Positions 1 to 8,771 of a DNA stretch of 64,000 nucleotides are shown here, in pieces. The translations under genes were made by a program, and so were the position numbers. Position 1 is the stretch's first letter, and each line of letters begins with the position of its first letter. Origin of the DNA: Candidatus Thorarchaeota archaeon (GTDB taxonomy: Archaea; Asgardarchaeota; Thorarchaeia; Thorarchaeales; Thorarchaeaceae); contig CAVSBO010000003.1 of assembly GCA_963726195.1 (NCBI GenBank), positions 64,001 to 128,000 on the forward strand, read 5' to 3'. The notes under the pieces were generated by a model, which was not told the DNA's origin, made no database searches, and worked only from the letters and a program-made list of their open reading frames with translations.

Positions 1-59
1 TGACTTCCTGCTACCTGTCAGGCGAGGTTCGCGAGAGTGGGGATGTCTAGTTCGGATGT

Positions 60-1478
60 TCACAGACGTCCGAGGGGAGCCTTCTCTTTCGCGGTGCTGG
101 CGAAGTACCACTTCGTGAAAGATTCCAGCTTCCCTGTGACTCCCAGCCACCAGCATAGGTAAGCGGCGAGTATTAGGACGCTGGCGATTGGATTAGCAAT
201 ACCGCTTGCAGGAGCCATTGCCAGAAGCATGGAGATTGCACCGATTGCAATGAGCAGGGGTCTGCCTGCTGAGGGCTGCATCGCTTTGCTCATGCGCCGC
301 CAGAGATACAGATATACTATCAGTGGCAATACGAACTGGACGATTCCGGTCACCGCCAAGATAGGAACAGTATAGGGCATCGTGGTCATATCCTGTGGGT
401 AAGACATCGATACATAGATGACCTCGGGCATGATGATTAGGGCCGGTAGCAGAGCAAGCGCTCTCCAATCGAGTGCAAAGAACGCGCTCAGGTTGAAGAA
501 CATAAGCGAGAAGACTGAAAGGTATACGGCCGCGTAATACCAAGTAATGCTACTCGAGACTCCTATTGTCTGTGTGACGTCGAGCACGTAGGACGCAACG
601 CTCAAGAATAGGAACATGAACAATGCAAGTGTTGCACGACTTCTGGTTTTCTTCCATCTGGCATATGTGTAACCACTCGTGCTCCATCCCAGGACCGCTG
701 CTATAACAACCAAAGTGATTGAGGTCTCCTGGACCAGATCGGGCAATGGCTGGCCAATGAAATACGAAAGAAAGAAGGAGAGAAGGGCGTAGGATACCCC
801 ATACAAGGCGAGCTCGACAGAGATTCCAATATCCTTGTAGTAGAATGCAACAGCGGCAATAGCCGGTCCGAGCAACCGCAGGCCGATGACTGCGTCAGCA
901 AGATTCAGGGCTCCGAAGACAAATGGATGGATTGTCAGACGGTACAGAGGATAGGCCGTGACTAAATAGAAGAGCGCAAGGCTTGTTGGTCTCCTGGTTC
1001 TCGCAAACGTGTAAGCGAACAGGATGACTACTGGGAGGTACATGGCTGATGTTACGTCTCCGGTCGAATCTCTGATGTCGAGCGGGACTCCCGCGAACCG
1101 TAAGATCCAAAACACACTGACAATGGCCATTGCAGCGAGTGCTGGAACAATGAATTGTCCTCTTCCGAGGACAATCAAGGCTGCCGCCGTTATGAACAAT
1201 GGAGCAAGCAAGGCGAAAGCAGCGTAAGTGTAAGCCAATTGAAGCCGCAGTTCTAACGACCCGGACGTGAGCATCACAGCCGAGAGGAAATTGGTCAAAG
1301 ATGCTAGGCCCATGGCGAATGTCCCGGCCGCGTAGGCGTAAAGAGGCCTAGACATTCGCTTGTCCTCCTCTGGTAGTTCCTTTACTCGCCGGCGAGTATA
1401 TCTCACCATTGCAGAGCTGGCTACGAAAAGAGCCAGGCTCATCATAAGCTCGGATGCATCAGACAATTGTATCGCCAT
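60..1478 (-). CDS. Polytopic membrane protein (~15 TM, apparent 7TM+1+7TM), paralog of 2862..4341
   Basis: 472-aa ORF with ~15 hydrophobic segments and a GGAGG RBS upstream of the ATG. Strong similarity to 2862..4341 (RPLY, GLRL-GPAI, DIGISVEL, TSGYTYARWKK, WWLGVTG). Confidence 0.85.
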   Translation of the reverse strand: MAIQLSDASELMMSLALFVASSAMVRYTRRRVKELPEEDKRMSRPLYAYAAGTFAMGLASLTNFLSAVMLTSGSLELRLQLAYTYAAFALLAPLFITAAALIVLGRGQFIVPALAAMAIVSVFWILRFAGVPLDIRDSTGDVTSAMYLPVVILFAYTFARTRRPTSLALFYLVTAYPLYRLTIHPFVFGALNLADAVIGLRLLGPAIAAVAFYYKDIGISVELALYGVSYALLSFFLSYFIGQPLPDLVQETSITLVVIAAVLGWSTSGYTYARWKKTRSRATLALFMFLFLSVASYVLDVTQTIGVSSSITWYYAAVYLSVFSLMFFNLSAFFALDWRALALLPALIIMPEVIYVSMSYPQDMTTMPYTVPILAVTGIVQFVLPLIVYLYLWRRMSKAMQPSAGRPLLIAIGAISMLLAMAPASGIANPIASVLILAAYLCWWLGVTGKLESFTKWYFASTAKEKAPLGRL

Positions 1479-1490
1479 CGTAGTTACCTC

Positions 1491-1889
1491 CTAAAGCATC
1501 TTCGAAGCCCAACCATCGGCCTTGCTTCGAGCTGATTCCTTGCCCGTTGCTGCTTCACGGATGGCCTGCGTCAGCTCTTCATTGACTAAACCTGCAAAGT
1601 GCTTCTGGAAAGCTTCACACACCCTCCGATTTGCCGATTGGCTATCTGTGTCTGCTTTGTCGTGTATTGTGACCAGAAGATACTCGCCTTCTCGTGCGAC
1701 GAGTACTCTATCATTGCCGAGCAGAAGCTCCTTGATAGTATCACCGGACATCTTCTGAGAAAACATGTCTATTGCGGACACGAAGCCACCGAATAACGCG
1801 TCATCGGCATGGAAGTTGCCCAGAGCAATCGCAGCCAAGGGCTCGCCAGCTTCGTTGATCAAGTAGACCATCTTGATCAGAGACATCAC
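1491..1889 (-). CDS. Longin-like (Asgard) domain protein
   Basis: Pattern VYLINEAGEPL...DDALFGGFVSAIDMFSQKMSGDTIKELLLGNDRVLV...LLVTI is typical of Asgard longin/roadblock-like folds. Paralog of 4354..4752. Confidence 0.75.
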   Translation of the reverse strand: MMSLIKMVYLINEAGEPLAAIALGNFHADDALFGGFVSAIDMFSQKMSGDTIKELLLGNDRVLVAREGEYLLVTIHDKADTDSQSANRRVCEAFQKHFAGLVNEELTQAIREAATGKESARSKADGWASKML

Positions 1890-2161
1890 CCTCGAAACAT
1901 ACTTGCAGTCGTTTGAGCACCATCAGCTGCCGTTTTCTTCGTACACTCTTTCGCGGCATGCGTGTCCGATTGGGAGCTGCAGACCTTAGGCCCATTGTTC
2001 AGAGACTGAACCACGAGGTGAGCTGTCCTGAATTCAGCGGCAGCAACAGTGAAATTCCTGTAGCTTGTCAGGGGTGAGACCCTCTGTGCCTTCCTGTCTG
2101 TGCTAGAGACCCCGGTCGGCACAATGACGCCACGCAGCGGTTCGTTTCTCAAAAGGATCAC
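1886..2161 (-). CDS. Diverged, Cys-less paralog of the small Zn-ribbon protein 4755..5018 (possibly decaying)
   Basis: Occupies the same cassette position. Residual matches: PLRGVIV/PVTGVVV, AQRV/AKRV, HLVV/HAVI, KKTAADGAQ/KKSALDKAQ. Its stop overlaps the longin start (GTGA). Confidence 0.45.
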   Translation of the reverse strand: MILLRNEPLRGVIVPTGVSSTDRKAQRVSPLTSYRNFTVAAAEFRTAHLVVQSLNNGPKVCSSQSDTHAAKECTKKTAADGAQTTASMFRG

Positions 2162-2328
2162 TTTACTCCAATAGGCCCATTTGTGATTGTTGTTCTTCTT
2201 CTAACGTAGCAGTATCGGTGTGTAATCTTTCGAAGTGGTTCGGGCCAGCTGTTTATTAGCAAATCTTGTACGGTTCTTCTTGCTCTATCGGCAGAAACAA
2301 TGTATGTTGATGTCTGCTGGGATGCGTG

Positions 2329-2865
2329 CTATCCTTTCGCGACGTATTTCTTCATCAGGGTTCTAGCTGCTGTATCGAAAATCTCGTTAACGCCTTGACC
2401 CGTCTTTGCTGATACCTCGATGCAATCGGCACCAAACTTCGAAGCAAACGCGAGTCCTTCCTCAATGGATACACCGCCGTTAGAGGTGCGTTCGTCAGTC
2501 TTGTTGCCCACGATGAGGAGGTCGCAGTCAGGCGCGACTTCTCGCAGTCGATGTATCCATTCCTCTAGCCGTTCAAGAGTGTAAAGTCGATTGACGTCAT
2601 AAACAGTTATCCCGAACTTAGTCCCTTTGAAGTAGTCTTGCACTACGTCGTGAAACCTAGGTTGTCCTCCCAGGTCCCAGAGCATGATCGTCAACTGTGT
2701 GTCGCCGATTGTTACCTTCTTGGATGCAAAGTTGGCACCCACAGTCATGCGCATGTTGTCATCGAAACGATTCTCTGTGTAACGCAGGGTGATGCTGGTC
2801 TTGCCTACTCCTCCCTCCCCAATCAGAACGGTCTTGAAGACTGGGGCTTTGCTAGACATCTTCAT
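2329..2865 (-). CDS. Rab-like small GTPase
   Basis: G1 GEGGVGKT, G2 MTVGANF, G3 WDLGGQ, G4 NKTD, G5 SAK, plus RabF-like RFHDV, YFKG and VYDV. ATG at 2865 overlaps the upstream TGA (ATGA). No C-terminal prenylation Cys. Confidence 0.93.
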   Translation of the reverse strand: MKMSSKAPVFKTVLIGEGGVGKTSITLRYTENRFDDNMRMTVGANFASKKVTIGDTQLTIMLWDLGGQPRFHDVVQDYFKGTKFGITVYDVNRLYTLERLEEWIHRLREVAPDCDLLIVGNKTDERTSNGGVSIEEGLAFASKFGADCIEVSAKTGQGVNEIFDTAARTLMKKYVAKG

Positions 2866-4341
2866 GCGCCACCTGACGAGGATGTTCCTTCCGGTTGGGA
2901 GACCGAGGCCGCAATGGGCTTCGGCTTGACAGTAGTAAAGTGCCACCACTTTGTGAAGCGCTCACTTCTTCCAGTAACTCCTAACCACCAAGCTAGGAAT
3001 CCACCCAGAATCAGAATTCCGCTGATTGGGTTTGCCACATCCAGAACCGCTGCGCCCAAGATGAAAGAGCCGACAGCCAACGCAACAGTGAGTTCTAAGA
3101 TTCCCATTGCAAACAGGAGTGGTCTGCTTGCTGAAGGTGTCGATGCGTGTCTCATTCTTTGCCACAAGTACAAGTACAGGGCGACCGGCACAACTGCGGC
3201 AGAGAGACCTGTTATGCTGACCACTGGAGTGAAGAAGGGATTGGCAGTTGGGTTGACCGGGTATTGCACTGCCAAGAAAAGAAAGAGCGGCACCATCATC
3301 AAAACAGGCAACAACAAGAGCGTTCTCCATTCGAGACCAAGAAATGCAGCCATGTTGAAACACATTAGGCCGATGAATGTCAAGACAATAGTTGCATATG
3401 TGTAGTACACTGCGCTTGCGAGACCCACTCCACCGAGCGCCACCAGTATGAACGCGCAAGTAGTGACCATGAACGATAAGAACAATGCGAATGTTGCCCC
3501 AACCCTGCTCTTCTTCCAACGGGCATACGTATACCCGCTTGTGCCGAACCCGATTGTACAGCCAAGCGCAATCAATGTGAGTGACGTAATCAATGTGGCA
3601 TCGGTGACGGATGAAATCATGACATATGAAAACCAGAATGAGATGAACGCAAACGCCATTCCATAGATCACGAGCTCAACTGAGATTCCTATATCACGTA
3701 GTTGGAAAGCGGCGAAAGCGATTGCTGGACCGAACAGTCGCAAGCCGACAACCAACGAGATGAGGTCAATTGGGAAAGGCGGGAGAGCAGTGAGCGTGAT
3801 TGAATAAAGAGGATAGAATGTGACTAGGTAGAAAAGCCCGAGACTCGTGGCCTTTCTTGTCCGGACCAGTAGGTAACCGAATAGCAGAACCGCAGGTATG
3901 TACATAATCGAGGAGACGACTGCAATCGCACTACGAACATCGATTGGGTTTGCTATGGTTGGCGATATCCAGACATAGCTAACAACCACCAACGCAAACA
4001 CCACCGGAACGATGAATTGCTCCCTCCCGAGGACAATCAACGCGGCTATCGAAATAAACGCTGGCGCGAGTATGGCCAAAACTACGTAGGCATATACTGG
4101 CCAGAAGCGCGATACCCAAGGTCCGATAACAACTCCTGTGCCTGCCACGTAGTTAGTCAGAGATGTCATGCCCATCACGAAAGTGCCAGCTGCGTATGTG
4201 TAGAGGGGTCTGCCCAATCTCTTGTCCTCCTCGGGCAGCTCCTTGATTCGACGACGAGAGTATGCTACTATCGCAAAGCTCAGCTGCTATAAGGCCCACA
4301 AACATGAGAAGTTCCGATGCTTGGTTCAGCAGTATCGCCAG
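2862..4341 (-). CDS. Polytopic membrane protein (~15 TM), with a 1-nt frameshift near 4283
   Basis: ORF 2862..4217 plus upstream LAILLNQASELLMFVGLI / SFAIVAYSRRRIKELPEEDKR, which matches the paralog N-terminus MAIQLSDASELMM...YTRRRVKELPEEDKR. CTG start at 4341 lies behind GGAGG. Confidence 0.8.
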
Positions 4342-4353
4342 TGTTCTTGCCTC

Positions 4354-4752
4354 CTATAACATCTTTGAAGCCCAATCGTCTGCTTTGCTCCGAGCAGACC
4401 CTGTGCTAAGAACGGCTTCACGGATAGATTCTATCATTTGGTCAGTTACAACGCCGCCATAGTGCTTTCGAAAAGCCTCGCATGCTCTCCGGTTAACAAT
4501 CTGACTGTCGGTGTCGGTCTTGTCGTGGACCGTAACAAGAAGATGGGTCTCCTCACGAGCCACAACGACTCTGTTCTCGCCGAGAATGAGTTCCTTTATT
4601 GAGTCCCCAGCCATTTTGTGACTAAACATGTCGATAGCAGACATGAACCCACCAAACAGCGCATCATCCGCATGGAAGTTGCCAAGGGGGATTGAAACCA
4701 GCGTCTCGCCGGCCTCGTTAATAACGTAAACCATCTTGATCACTTCAATCAC
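4354..4752 (-). CDS. Longin-like (Asgard) domain protein
   Basis: MVYVINEAGETL...DDALFGGFMSAIDMFS...IKELILGENRVVV. Close paralog of 1491..1889. Likely GTG start at 4752. Confidence 0.75.
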   Translation of the reverse strand: MIEVIKMVYVINEAGETLVSIPLGNFHADDALFGGFMSAIDMFSHKMAGDSIKELILGENRVVVAREETHLLVTVHDKTDTDSQIVNRRACEAFRKHYGGVVTDQMIESIREAVLSTGSARSKADDWASKML

Positions 4753-4754
4753 CT

Positions 4755-5018
4755 TCAGAGCGAGTCCATCCATGACTGAGCTTTGTCGAGTGCACTCTTT
4801 TTCTGCTCGGCGTCTCCCGCAGCCTCAACATCACGAACCGCGAAAGTCTTGTCCACGAACAGGATCACTGCGTGTCCCTTCTTGCACTTGGCGGGAACGA
4901 TAACCGGTACTCTCTTGGCATTCAGAATCGAATCTTCATCTACTACTACGCCAGTGACCGGGCCCTTGCATACCGGGCATGGGACATCTGTCAGTGTCTT
5001 CTTTACCAAGGGAATCAC
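4755..5018 (-). CDS. Small Zn-binding protein (CxxC...CxxxH, Asgard-type 'FVDKxFxVR' domain)
   Basis: CPVC...CKKGHAVILFVDKTFAVRDVE. First gene of the cassette; its stop abuts the longin start. Confidence 0.75.
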   Translation of the reverse strand: MIPLVKKTLTDVPCPVCKGPVTGVVVDEDSILNAKRVPVIVPAKCKKGHAVILFVDKTFAVRDVEAAGDAEQKKSALDKAQSWMDSL

Positions 5019-5286
5019 TTCTTTGGATGCAATGTATGGAGCTTACTTCTTCTTCCGACTTGCCTTATCCGAAGGTGAAGCATTTTGGTTGAACTCAAGT
5101 CAGGGACATATTAACAAATCGTGTTTCAACCGTGTTTGTGAGGAAAGGAGGAAAGCTGCGGTGAACATCTCTGCTCCATGTGGACGAACTCTGATATTGA
5201 TGCCTGTTTGTTGCACTCAACGTCAGAACAGACAAAACAGCTATGTCCGCAGTACTTATAGCAGGAAGCTTTGCCGAAACGAGGTC

Positions 5287-5730
5287 ATGTCATCAGACTC
5301 AAACCGAGCCGCGTTTCAGACCAACTATGCGGTCATGGTTCTTACATCCATGGTTATCATGATGATTATCGTCTATGCTGCAATAACGTCGACGTTTGCG
5401 GATTTTCCTAGTGAACTCATTGTCTTGAGCGCAATCTCGGCGCTGGCAATTGCAGGTCTGTTTACCCTCTTTGCTTTTGGTAGCACAATAGCGATATCCA
5501 GCCAAATGCTTCGAAATCCCCGGACTCACGCGAAGATTCTCAAGCTCTTGAACGTCCTTTCGTTACTGTTCCTGCTCGCGATTGTCGTTATCTTGGTGAG
5601 TTTCGTGATAAACGATTACTTCGATATTCCGCCAATCGTGGGTACTCTCTTAGCCTTCATACTCATGCGAATTCACATTAGAGCTGGTTGGGGTTTGGTT
5701 CATCTAGCTACAAGACCCGCAAACTCATAG
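5287..5730 (+). CDS. 4-TM membrane protein, unknown function
   Basis: Hydrophobic 3' part of ORF 4783..5730, starting at ATG 5287 behind GAGGT. Confidence 0.6.
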   Translation: MSSDSNRAAFQTNYAVMVLTSMVIMMIIVYAAITSTFADFPSELIVLSAISALAIAGLFTLFAFGSTIAISSQMLRNPRTHAKILKLLNVLSLLFLLAIVVILVSFVINDYFDIPPIVGTLLAFILMRIHIRAGWGLVHLATRPANS

Positions 5731-5862
5731 TCACATCGTGAGTGTTTCGTATGCTGCGAGCATGTGGACCCGAGTATGCTGGGTTTCGTGGAGTCAGCAA
5801 TCATACTCTCCCGCGCTCAATTCAGCGAACCAAATCAGGAGCGCCTGAAACCTGATAAGACA

Positions 5863-6525
5863 ATGGGTCATGGGAATAACCCGGAGACTGTAACGAGAAA
5901 GAGAGCGGTGGTTTGTCCTTCTTGCGGCGCGCCCCAAGACAACGGGTCTCCAAGTTCTGGTGTTCAGTCATTCTGTCGTTACTGCGGAAGTCCTCTTGCC
6001 TTTATCGGCGACGTCAGGAAGAGGACTGGACCATGTCAGAATCACCCGGATGTCCCGTCAGCGGGCACCTGCAAAAAGTGCGGGGGCAGGTTCTGTGAGA
6101 ACTGTCTCTATGTGCTTCGAGAGATGCGGCATGAATATGTCTGTGAAGTGTGCTTGGATGAGACCAAACATCGTATACGGATTAATAGAATATTCGGGGC
6201 CCTGCTCACAATAGTCATCGCAGTTGCATGGATTCCTCTTTCCACAACGCAGTACGTGTACCCGTATCTCTTGTTTGTGGCCTTCTACATCCTCGAAGGG
6301 TTGGTCGGGATTTTTCGGCCAATTGAATTCCCTCTTCTTGCAACCAAAATGCATGAGTTTACTCCCAATCCGGGTTCCATCTACGTGAAGTGTCTCAACT
6401 GCGGTTCAGCCTACCACTATGGTCCAGACAAGGTCGAGCCTAATCGCACGGTTGTCTGTCAGAACTGCGGCCGGACGATCAACCTCGAGGGCGAACCCGA
6501 CACGGACGAGCAACGATTTGTTTGA
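5863..6525 (+). CDS. Multi-Zn-finger membrane protein, paralog 1 (Zn ribbon + B-box-like + 2 TM + Zn ribbon)
   Basis: CPSCG..CRYCG; CQNHP..CKKCG..FCENCL..CEVC; 2 TM; CLNCG..YHY..VCQNCG. Start approximate. Confidence 0.8.
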   Translation: MGHGNNPETVTRKRAVVCPSCGAPQDNGSPSSGVQSFCRYCGSPLAFIGDVRKRTGPCQNHPDVPSAGTCKKCGGRFCENCLYVLREMRHEYVCEVCLDETKHRIRINRIFGALLTIVIAVAWIPLSTTQYVYPYLLFVAFYILEGLVGIFRPIEFPLLATKMHEFTPNPGSIYVKCLNCGSAYHYGPDKVEPNRTVVCQNCGRTINLEGEPDTDEQRFV

Positions 6526-6635
6526 GTCTCCCAAAACCGACAAGATCATTATTGTGCGTTCGAACAAGAATAGTGGGTCGGAAGCAGCTCAAGCTTGATA
6601 AGACAAGTGGCCATGGCAATACACCAGGAAGAATT

Positions 6636-7268
6636 GTGGGTGAGGAGACTTCAGTTTGTCCCTCCTGTGGTATGCCCCAGCGACATGGACCAGGCATCAT
6701 CGGTACCCGGATGTATTGCAGGTACTGCGGTAGCGCTCTCACACAGCAGGGTACCTTCAAAGTAGCGGCGCAGCCATGCGAGAATCATCCGGAAGCTCCA
6801 TCAGTAGGCTCCTGCAAAGAATGCGGCGGCGGATTCTGCGAATACTGTCTTTACGTACTACCCCGGTCAGAACGCGGATATGTCTGTGAGAAATGTCTAG
6901 GAGAAGTCATTCATCGCATACGAACCAATAACGTGTTACGCGGCTTGGTGGTGACGGCGTTCTTGGTCTCGATTCCTCTTTCGTATGCACAGTCATTTGC
7001 ACAGTACCCCTTCGCATTCCTCATGATGCTGCTAGTAATGGCATTCCCTGGTATTGGCTCACTTTTCGAGCCGGTCGAGTTTTACTCTCTGGCCAGCAAA
7101 ATGCATGAATTTGCATCCAGCCCGGGATCTGTCATTGTCACGTGTGGTAACTGCGGTGCAGTCTACCACTATGCTCCAGACAAAATCGATTCCGACAACG
7201 AAGTCGTCTGTCAGAACTGCAATCGAATAATCAACATGCAAGGTGCGCCCGGCCAAGCTTCATATTGA
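6636..7268 (+). CDS. Multi-Zn-finger membrane protein, paralog 2
   Basis: Same Cys/His pattern as paralog 1, with shared KMHEF..PGS and VVCQNC. Start approximate (GTG 6636). Confidence 0.8.
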   Translation: MGEETSVCPSCGMPQRHGPGIIGTRMYCRYCGSALTQQGTFKVAAQPCENHPEAPSVGSCKECGGGFCEYCLYVLPRSERGYVCEKCLGEVIHRIRTNNVLRGLVVTAFLVSIPLSYAQSFAQYPFAFLMMLLVMAFPGIGSLFEPVEFYSLASKMHEFASSPGSVIVTCGNCGAVYHYAPDKIDSDNEVVCQNCNRIINMQGAPGQASY

Positions 7269-7389
7269 CACAACTTTCAGGACACACAGACTGAGGATCG
7301 GACAACGAATCCAGTTACAGGTGGACCTATTCTACTCATTCTCATAAACCTTATGAGCTGTGCTTGGGAATGATAACACGGGAGTCTGT

Positions 7390-7899
7390 GTGGAGAGAGA
7401 AGCTTTCGTGTGTCCGTTTTGTGGCGCGCCTCAGGAAGGTGGATTGCCATCAGGTGTGACGCAGACAAAATGCCTGTACTGCGGAAATACGATTGTCCTC
7501 CCACGTCGTCTCACAGGCTTGACACAACGATGCCCGAATCATCCCGATTCATTGACATCCGCTTTCTGCACGAGATGCGGCCGGGGATTCTGTAGTCGCT
7601 GCCTTTACGTACTGAAAGGAGAAGGCGGAGCCGTGCAATATCTATGTCCACAGTGCGCCGGCCTGGCAACCATCGAAGCTACACCGGGCATCTACCTAAC
7701 GATTTGCTGTTCAGCCTTGTTCTTTGTTGTCGGACTATCGGGTATTCGAAGCAGCGGAGATTCTTTTTCTATGGCCGTCATATGCTTGGGGTTTGGTATA
7801 TTCTGTTTGGTAGGAGGGATACTTCAGAGGCGTACAATCAACAACATGCCCACGCTTGCGGGCAAGATAAGGGAGCAGCGCGGCAGTCTTGATACTTGA
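7390..7899 (+). CDS. Multi-Zn-finger membrane protein, paralog 3 (lacks the C-terminal Zn ribbon)
   Basis: CPFCG..CLYCG; CPNHP..CTRCG..FCSRCL..CPQC; 2 TM; ends after PTLAGK. Confidence 0.8.
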   Translation: MEREAFVCPFCGAPQEGGLPSGVTQTKCLYCGNTIVLPRRLTGLTQRCPNHPDSLTSAFCTRCGRGFCSRCLYVLKGEGGAVQYLCPQCAGLATIEATPGIYLTICCSALFFVVGLSGIRSSGDSFSMAVICLGFGIFCLVGGILQRRTINNMPTLAGKIREQRGSLDT

Positions 7900-7980
7900 T
7901 ACCGATACTCCACGATGACCACAGGTGAAGCATGTCGCATCATGGTCCTCGTTTCAAAAGCCTGATATCCCTTCGCCACA

Positions 7981-8634
7981 GTGTCAGATTCGGGCATTGA
8001 AATGGAGAGAGAGGTGTTGGTCTGTCCATCGTGTGGCGGACGCCAGAAACAGATATTGTCGTCCAGCATATTTCAGACTCGATGCGAGTACTGCGGCAGC
8101 ACGATTCTTATTCCACGAGAGTTAACTGGGCTTGCCCGACGATGCCACAACCACCCTGACCGCATAGCAATGGGCATTTGCCATGATTGCGGACAGACCT
8201 TCTGCGAGGATTGTCTGGTCGTATGGGTCCAAAATGCTGAGAAGAAGTACATTTGCCCTGAATGCAGAGACCGAAGACGTCACACGCTTACTTTGGAATT
8301 CCGGTTTCTTATGGTCCCCGGACTGGTCGTTCTTTCGGTCGGACTTCTGCTTGAAATGCTTTCACCGGCTTCAGTGCTCGGAATAGTTCCTTTGACATTG
8401 GGCTTCCTCTGTCTCTACGTGGGGGGTATGGACAGGATAGACAACGGGGAGATTGGGACGATGAAACAGGAACTACAGGAACAGGGGGCAGCTGGCGAAG
8501 GCCTTCGGGAGGAGTGTCCTCACTGTCACGCACTTTACTTTTACAACCTGCATCTAATCAGGCCTGACTGGACCGTCGCTTGTCAGAATTGCGGGAGGGA
8601 CTTCAAGCTGCGTGGCACGCTTCCCGTTGGTTGA
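7981..8634 (+). CDS. Multi-Zn-finger membrane protein, paralog 4
   Basis: CPSCG..CEYCG; CHNHP..CHDCG..FCEDCL..CPEC; 2 TM; CPHC..IRPDWTVACQNC. Confidence 0.8.
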   Translation: MSDSGIEMEREVLVCPSCGGRQKQILSSSIFQTRCEYCGSTILIPRELTGLARRCHNHPDRIAMGICHDCGQTFCEDCLVVWVQNAEKKYICPECRDRRRHTLTLEFRFLMVPGLVVLSVGLLLEMLSPASVLGIVPLTLGFLCLYVGGMDRIDNGEIGTMKQELQEQGAAGEGLREECPHCHALYFYNLHLIRPDWTVACQNCGRDFKLRGTLPVG

Positions 8635-8771
8635 TGGCGGGCGACTGACCGAAAGAGTCCAATCGGCCACCGCATGACAGAGTTTATGAGACATGTTGCT
8701 CGGCCCGAGATAGCGCCGCCACACTGAGAGAGTTCGTGACAGCCAAAGAAGATCATATAGTCTGACGGAAA

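Noticed and set aside
2638-3405. 255-aa plus-strand ORF and similar long antisense ORFs (e.g. 58058..58759, 44167..44844)
   Set aside because: Shadows of well-supported genes on the opposite strand, with no motifs of their own.
60-4341. 15-TM proteins as rhodopsins
   Set aside because: No retinal-binding Lys motif in the seventh helices.
4783-5286. N-terminal half of the 315-aa ORF
   Set aside because: It overlaps the antisense Zn-ribbon gene and intergenic DNA. Only the part from ATG 5287 looks coding.
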